A stretch of 64,000 nt of DNA from Antedon mediterranea (taxonomy: Eukaryota; Animalia; Echinodermata): NCBI RefSeq assembly GCF_964355755.1, contig NC_092671.1, positions 4,216,001 to 4,280,000 of the forward strand. The letters are read 5' to 3'. Shown one piece after another: positions 60,301 to 64,000 of the stretch. The notes beneath the pieces are model-generated. The model was given only the letters and a program-made list of their open reading frames with translations, made no database searches and was not told the DNA's origin. The position numbers were made by a program, and so were the translations under genes. The first letter of the stretch is position 1. The number at the start of each line of letters is the position of its first letter.

Positions 60301-61444
60301 GAAGTGGTAAATTAAATGTATCTTATGAAAGAAAATGTGTGCACTATTTTATACATTAAACAGTCTTAAACTATTATCAAAAATTATGTCAGGGGTGGAG
60401 TCAGAGGTTAGCGTTTAAAGGGGCACATGTTCCCTGACAGCTGAACTATTTTAGTAATGTGGGTAATCTTTTAAATGGGACACACACAAATTCTGATAAT
60501 AATGACAAAAAGATGATAATGATGAAGAGTGAGCTTACTGGAACATTACTCACAGGAACTGGAGTAAAAGGTGATGTACTTACCTGCCTTTCTCTGGACA
60601 TCGATTCCTTAAAACAAAAAATGCAACACTAGCAAAGTCCCCTGCTTCCTAAAGACAATAAATAAAAAAGAGCATTTTTGTTTATTTACGAATTTAGGGA
60701 GCTTTAGATTTGGTAAAGTTTGCTATTGACGTAAAAAGGAGGTGCGCCAACCTGTTTTGCTGTTGGGGATCGATAGTTTATTAACTTCTTAGCGTCTTGG
60801 CTTTCTTTTGATAATCCAAGAATTTCAATGTACAGTTTTGCTAGAGTGTGCTACAAAAGAAATTAAAATGTTGGTAAAAATACTTTTTTTTATCTTACAT
60901 GTGGTCAAATTGAATAACTTTTTGGTGACATTAAAAGACATTTAAAAAAAAATTGCAAAGAATTATTTTTATACTAAAGGAAAATTTCTGTTATTAATTG
61001 GCTTGAATAGAATTTGAATAAAACTAATAATTACCTCTTTGATGCCATATGCAAGTCTGTCTCGTTCCAGTTGAGGTAACAGAAGGCGCATAATTGGGAA
61101 AAAGGTATCAGTCTAAAATAAAAAAAAAATCTATTTTTAATATAATACAGTAGTAATGAATACACATAACAATAAAATATTATTTTGTAATAAAAAAAGT
61201 ATATATATATTCTGATTAGAATCCAAGACACGACTAATTTTTTTTCGAGCAACAATGCCCTCTGGTTGATACATACATTGTCCGGGTTATCTTTATGCAA
61301 GTGTGCATGGAAAACTCTCCACTTGTCAAGGAAATCCCGGAAAAGTCTTTTCTTATTGTCATTCCCCTGCTTCTTTTGCACTTTCTCAAGAAATGTAGCG
61401 AGCTCTCCAAATGGAATCTGACCAGCAACTGATGCTGCCATCAT
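51341..61444 (-). CDS. LIG4: DNA ligase IV, ~911 aa, 26 coding exons: 61277-61444, 61035-61112, 60752-60850, 60584-60648, 60111-60261, 59644-59736, 59423-59527, 59102-59208, 58813-58893, 58603-58668, 58232-58275, 57990-58086, 57646-57705, 57348-57448, 56863-56954, 56364-56459, 55967-56077, 55542-55621, 55335-55440, 54642-54791, 54084-54262, 53933-53981, 52769-52930, 52183-52320, 51734-51843, 51341-51488
   Basis: DBD ([23 protein letters not shown]; [14 protein letters not shown]). Ligase motifs [17 protein letters not shown], IIIa [41 protein letters not shown]. Two BRCT domains with the XRCC4-binding linker (YDRHGDSY). Total 2736 nt in frame. Confidence 0.96.
52414..52567. mobile_element. 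Tc1/pogo-like MITE (related copies 26422-26535, ~63469-63571)
   Basis: TA|CAGTAGAA...TTCTACTG termini. Confidence 0.55.
53334..53915 (-). mobile_element. Helentron/Helitron2-associated non-autonomous element (HINE/DINE-1-like)
   Basis: On the - strand it starts TTATTACCTCCGCCAAGGAGGTTATGTTTT plus a (GT)-rich microsatellite. It ends with sub-TIR GGCGGAGGT, hairpin GTACTC-TCG-GAGTAC and CTAG-TT. Internal TGACCTTGACC motifs. Confidence 0.8.
54855..54993. mobile_element. Family-A MITE
   Basis: Same TIRs; TAA duplicated at 54852-54854 and 54994-54996. Confidence 0.85.
56150..56336 (-). mobile_element. Degenerate tRNA-derived SINE
   Basis: Minus strand TGGTGTTTAAGATGCTTGGCTACCAATCCCAGGGTGATGGGTTTAAATCC resembles a tRNA head with a decayed B-box. 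Confidence 0.45.
56589..56732. mobile_element. Family-A MITE
   Basis: AGCTCTATCTACACTATCAAACT ... AGTTTGATAGTGTAGGCAGAGCT. Confidence 0.8.
58369..58502. mobile_element. Palindromic MITE in LIG4 intron
   Basis: Arms TAGCCAAATTCTGTAATACAGTGTGACATATG / CATATGTGACACTGTATTAAAGAATTTGCCTA. Confidence 0.7.
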
Positions 61445-63579
61445 CAATACACTTCAACTATGATGCTGGAAAGAAAAACAGGATGCATTAACATTTTTAA
61501 AAAATTTCTAAGACCTTAAAATCATAGGTTTTTAATCATAAAAAGCTTGTTCAAATTCAAAAGTCTAGGCCTATCGGGTGAGCGTGTTTCCGCCTAATTA
61601 TTCCCCGTCCGCTAAATAACATAGATTCTAGGGTATATTTTTGTTTTCTGCTTACCGTTTTGGCATTACCACTTTACTATTCTATATTATAGGCCTAGGC
61701 CTATACCATTTACTTGTCTGTGTAACTGAATTAATTCAGTTACTCTTTGGCCCAATAATAATACTAAATTCAGGATCTTTCATATATAGATTGTACTACT
61801 ACTAGGGATAGGTGTAGACGCTGCTGTTCTAGCTAGACTAGAGAGGCGTCTAGTATCTAGGCCTAGGCAGGTCTAGGCAGGCTAGTAAAGCCTACTAAGC
61901 TACTTACTACTCCTAGCAAGGTGGGACTGATGATGCTGCTGGTGGTGTGACTGGTGGTAGTGCGGTGGCGGTGCGTAGCCGGCCTAGCCGTATGGACTTA
62001 CTTATTAGTCTTTCTTTACAAACTTATTAGCCGGATAGACTTTAACATTATAAAAACATTATTCAATGCATGCATTATTTTAACTATATTATTTACCATG
62101 AAAAATATTGTTATAAAAAAATAAGTTGAAGCAGCGTGAAGTAAATAAACAACCGATTCTTCAATGAACTCCGACCCTTTTGCGTATGACATGCAAAATA
62201 TGCATTTATATAGCGAATTTTTAGTTTGGTATCCGACGAAGACGGGAAGATCTTACTGTGTGATTTGTGTTGGAAACTGTAAAGAGTACTTGATACTTGT
62301 AGGTGATAAATTGGTCATGCTAAAAAGTGGTTACCAAAAGTAATTTTTCCACCATAGTCTAGTATCAAACACATGATTTTAAATAAAGAAATGCAAATAA
62401 ATTTACATCTCCCTAGTTTAATCAAGGCATGTTTTAATCGGTTATTTGTTCTGCAAACAGTTTATACACAGTATTTCTGAAACATAACAAAAACAATAAA
62501 CTTCATATTGAAATTTCATATTTCATTTTACTCAGGGAAAGATGGTAATAGTACAATGGAAATAAAATATATAAAATACAACAAAATGGCAAGGAATTAT
62601 ACAGTCATCATAAATAATGTAAAATTATTTGATTGGACCAACTTGATGTTGCTTTGCAAAAATGCTTCTTCTCTACTTAATCTGATTGCTAATCACAAAT
62701 AGGTATCTTTTGTAGTAAGTAATGTGTGGTGTGTCATTCTTCTTAAAAAAGTTAAACATGGACTAATTTATATATAACCCGGCATCCCATTCCTGAGACC
62801 AAAAACATGCATATAGTATTATAGTAAGATTTAGGCTACTTAACATCAAAATATGAAGAAAAAAAATCCATTTGCCTTTAACAGCTGAAATGACTTTTAC
62901 TATTTTTGAAATACTATTAAAATTATTGTCATGTTTTAAAAATCCTGGATCTGCCCCTGTTCTCTATTCATAATACTGTTAAATGGTTTCATCAACCATA
63001 CTTTTATACCACAATATCTTTTTAAAACAAACCCAGTACTTTGTCTACAAAATAATCTTTTGAAACCAGCTCATTTTGAGAAAATGCCCATATAAAGGTG
63101 GGTGGTACATAACAACATTTTTCTCTTTCATGATTTTATAGTACAGTATTCTAATACAGAATATATGTATGTAACAGTATACTGCCAGGTAATTATTCTT
63201 TAATAAGCCCATGGGCTTCTTGGAGTGATTTGGAGATTTATTGTATTCTAATATTGGACACTTTTTAATAATACTTTTTAATATATGACAAACTATAACA
63301 ACATCACCTAGTTTTTAGGCCTACAACAATATATTATATTAATATTCAAAACATACTAAACACATATTTATTTTATTAATAATGATTTTAATATTCCTTA
63401 ATTTTAACATAAATGTCCTTATATCAATGAATAGCACACATAATTGTACAGGACTATAGAAACAAAAACAATAGACCTCCTATAGTGAGAAACCCTTAAT
63501 AAGGTGTGTCCCCCTAAAACCGGGCTAAAACTAAATTTCTCCTAATTTGGTTCAAGGCAGCGGTTCTACTGTAAACCTT

Positions 63580-63739
63580 AAGCACTAAACTATCAAACCT
63601 CATGTGACAAAAAAATGTGATGTTCCCATATATAGACATGTTGATGTCATACCACTACTACTATATTTGGGTATATCACTACCATATTTGGGCACATCAC
63701 ACTTTTTTGTTAAACTAGTTTGTTAGTGTAGACAGACTT
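63580..63739. mobile_element. Family-A MITE
   Basis: Same internal sequence and right TIR TAGTGTAGACAGA. Confidence 0.75.
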
Positions 63740-64000
63740 TATGAGTTGATTAGATACTGAAACCGAAGCATAGTTCATAGACAGATATAGTATACAATTT
63801 TTAAATTTAAATAACGAATTAGCACCATAATTTCATAATATTCTAAAACATAAAAAACATGATTGTTGTGAAATCATGACATAACAAAAATAAATAATCT
63901 TCCATATACATTTAACACGTACATACTTGATAACTGATTACGGTAGATGTCTTTAAACTGTTTCACAATTTATGATATTTTTATACTGTTAATTCTTAAC

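Noticed and set aside
62200-64000. Divergent gene sharing the LIG4 promoter
   Set aside because: No convincing coding exon on the + strand within the window; only MITE remnants and AT-rich sequence.

Overview
AT-rich, intron-rich animal genomic DNA, not prokaryotic. It is probably a marine invertebrate deuterostome, and the abundant TAGGCCTA palindromes suggest an echinoderm (inference). The ORF track mostly shows exon fragments or noise, so I rebuilt genes by hand from splice signals and codon phase. On the + strand are the last 4 exons of an EGF-repeat gene (821-1875). On the - strand are four complete co-oriented genes: VWDE (31 coding exons, ~1502 aa, 38575->2533), NDUFB3 (2 exons, 90 aa, absent from the ORF track), hyccin/FAM126 (12 exons, ~463 aa) and DNA ligase IV (26 exons, ~911 aa). 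Introns hold many non-autonomous TEs: Harbinger-like and Kolobok-like MITEs (one nested), a Helentron-type HINE, L2 LINE tails, a 5S-derived element, tRNA-like heads and minisatellites. I found no convincing novel biological system. The best leads are the tail-to-tail VWDE-like pair, the NDUFB3-FAM126 linkage, the intron-rich LIG4, hyccin splicing features, a MITE carrying CArG boxes and promoter-clustered TAGGCCTA motifs. Coordinates were counted by hand.
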